From a virus: a DNA stretch of 41,107 nt. The translations under genes were made by a program, and so were the position numbers. Positions 40,658 to 41,107 of this stretch are shown piece by piece (within the stretch, counting starts at the first letter, position 1; every line of letters starts with the position of its first letter). The stretch spans positions 1 through 41,107 of the IMG/VR virus record IMGVR_UViG_3300045988_126497. The stretch is one strand, 5' to 3'. The notes beneath the pieces were generated by a model. That model did no database searches. It was not told the DNA's origin and saw nothing but the letters and a program-made list of their open reading frames with translations.

Positions 40658-40693
40658 GAACCGTCCAGGAGTTGACGCAGGCCTGGACGGTTC
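40658..40693 (+). terminator. Perfect 12-bp hairpin between cI and int (terminator-like, no T-tract)
   Basis: GAACCGTCCAGG-N12-CCTGGACGGTTC. Confidence 0.45.
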
Positions 40694-40754
40694 TATGGGG
40701 GTTGTATCTGGTATGGATACCCTCACACTATAACACATGTGGAGGTAAATTGCA

Positions 40755-41107
40755 ATGATTAAGAGGAAAGACGGACGGTGGCAGGAGCAGGTGAAGCTGC
40801 CTGGGATGGACAAACCAAAGTATTTCTATGGCAAAACACAGAAGGAAGTACGGCGGAAGATGGCGGAATGGAGCCAGGCGGAAGAGGAAGCGAAAACCAA
40901 AGCTGTGCTGTTTGAGACGGTGGCGGACGAGTGGCTTAAATTTAAGATCGAGGTGGATAAAGTCGGCTGGAACACGGAGCACGGGTACATGCCCTCTCTG
41001 CGCGAAGCGAAGGACTGGTTTTCTGGGCGGAACATTGGCGATATCTACGCAGATGAAATCATGGATTTTTTGAAGAGTGTAGCGGCGAAGGGGTTGGGGT
41101 TTAGCGC
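40755..41107 (+). CDS. int: Tyrosine integrase, N-terminal part (runs off the window end; continues at base 2 via the 75-bp overlap)
   Basis: GGAGG SD lies 8 nt before the ATG at 40755. MIKRKDGRWQEQVKLPG...KYFYGKTQKEV is a typical arm-binding N-terminus of phage/ICE integrases. There is no stop before the window end. Confidence 0.9.
   Translation, partial: MIKRKDGRWQEQVKLPGMDKPKYFYGKTQKEVRRKMAEWSQAEEEAKTKAVLFETVADEWLKFKIEVDKVGWNTEHGYMPSLREAKDWFSGRNIGDIYADEIMDFLKSVAAKGLGFS

Noticed and set aside
40463-40675. 70-aa plus-strand ORF between cI and int
   Set aside because: It has no SD, its composition is Cys/Arg-rich, and it overlaps the cI stop region. It is more likely regulatory or attP-adjacent non-coding DNA.
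1-41107. Search for a CRISPR array, a DGR (reverse transcriptase plus TR/VR near the fibre gene), transposase/IS ends, toxin-antitoxin pairs or known multi-gene defence systems
   Set aside because: I saw no spaced identical repeats of 24-40 bp, no RT-like or transposase-like ORF, and no duplicated fibre-gene segment that could serve as a template repeat. The only repeats are the terminal overlap, the collagen-coding tracts and short operator-type motifs.

Overview
The window is a complete, circularly closed temperate phage genome. Bases 1-75 are identical to 41033-41107, so the unique length is 41,032 bp. A tyrosine integrase ORF reads straight through that junction.

Layout, in order:
- int, followed by an attP-candidate intergenic region.
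- A leftward accessory operon of 7 small genes. It includes a J-domain protein, a small acidic protein and an orphan Cse2/CasB-like protein. It is controlled by palindromic operators and a divergent RHH regulator.
- A rightward late operon: terS; a 1.24-kb ORF-poor insert carrying tRNA-Ser(UGA), a tRNA-like element and a G-tract GC island; terL; portal; an embedded holin/amidase lysis cassette; scaffold; major capsid; tail proteins; a collagen-like fibre; and putative internal/ejection proteins including a 2237-aa giant.
- A convergent leftward early operon: cro-like, Bro-N/KilAC antirepressor, Sak4-like ATPase plus DUF669/SSB-like protein, replisome organiser, DnaB, RusA, dCTP deaminase, MazG-like, DUF4406-like, a divergent ThyX-like protein and Lar-like zinc-ribbon proteins.
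- A cI-like repressor, then int again.

I recognised no tape-measure, tube or sheath genes, so the virion is probably podovirus-like. I found no CRISPR array, reverse transcriptase, transposase or rRNA.

Strong GGAGG-type Shine-Dalgarno (SD) sites, GTG/TTG starts and the amidase/holin pair suggest a Gram-positive (Bacillota) host; this is inference only.

Most interesting candidates:
- The orphan viral CasB-like gene, sitting in an anti-defence-like operon.
- The ORF-poor, tRNA-associated, terminator-bracketed insert that splits terS from terL (a possible large structured RNA or pac region).
- A nucleotide-metabolism cluster with a ThyX-fold protein lacking the ThyX motif.

All protein-family calls rest on motifs I recognised by eye and need HMM or structure confirmation.
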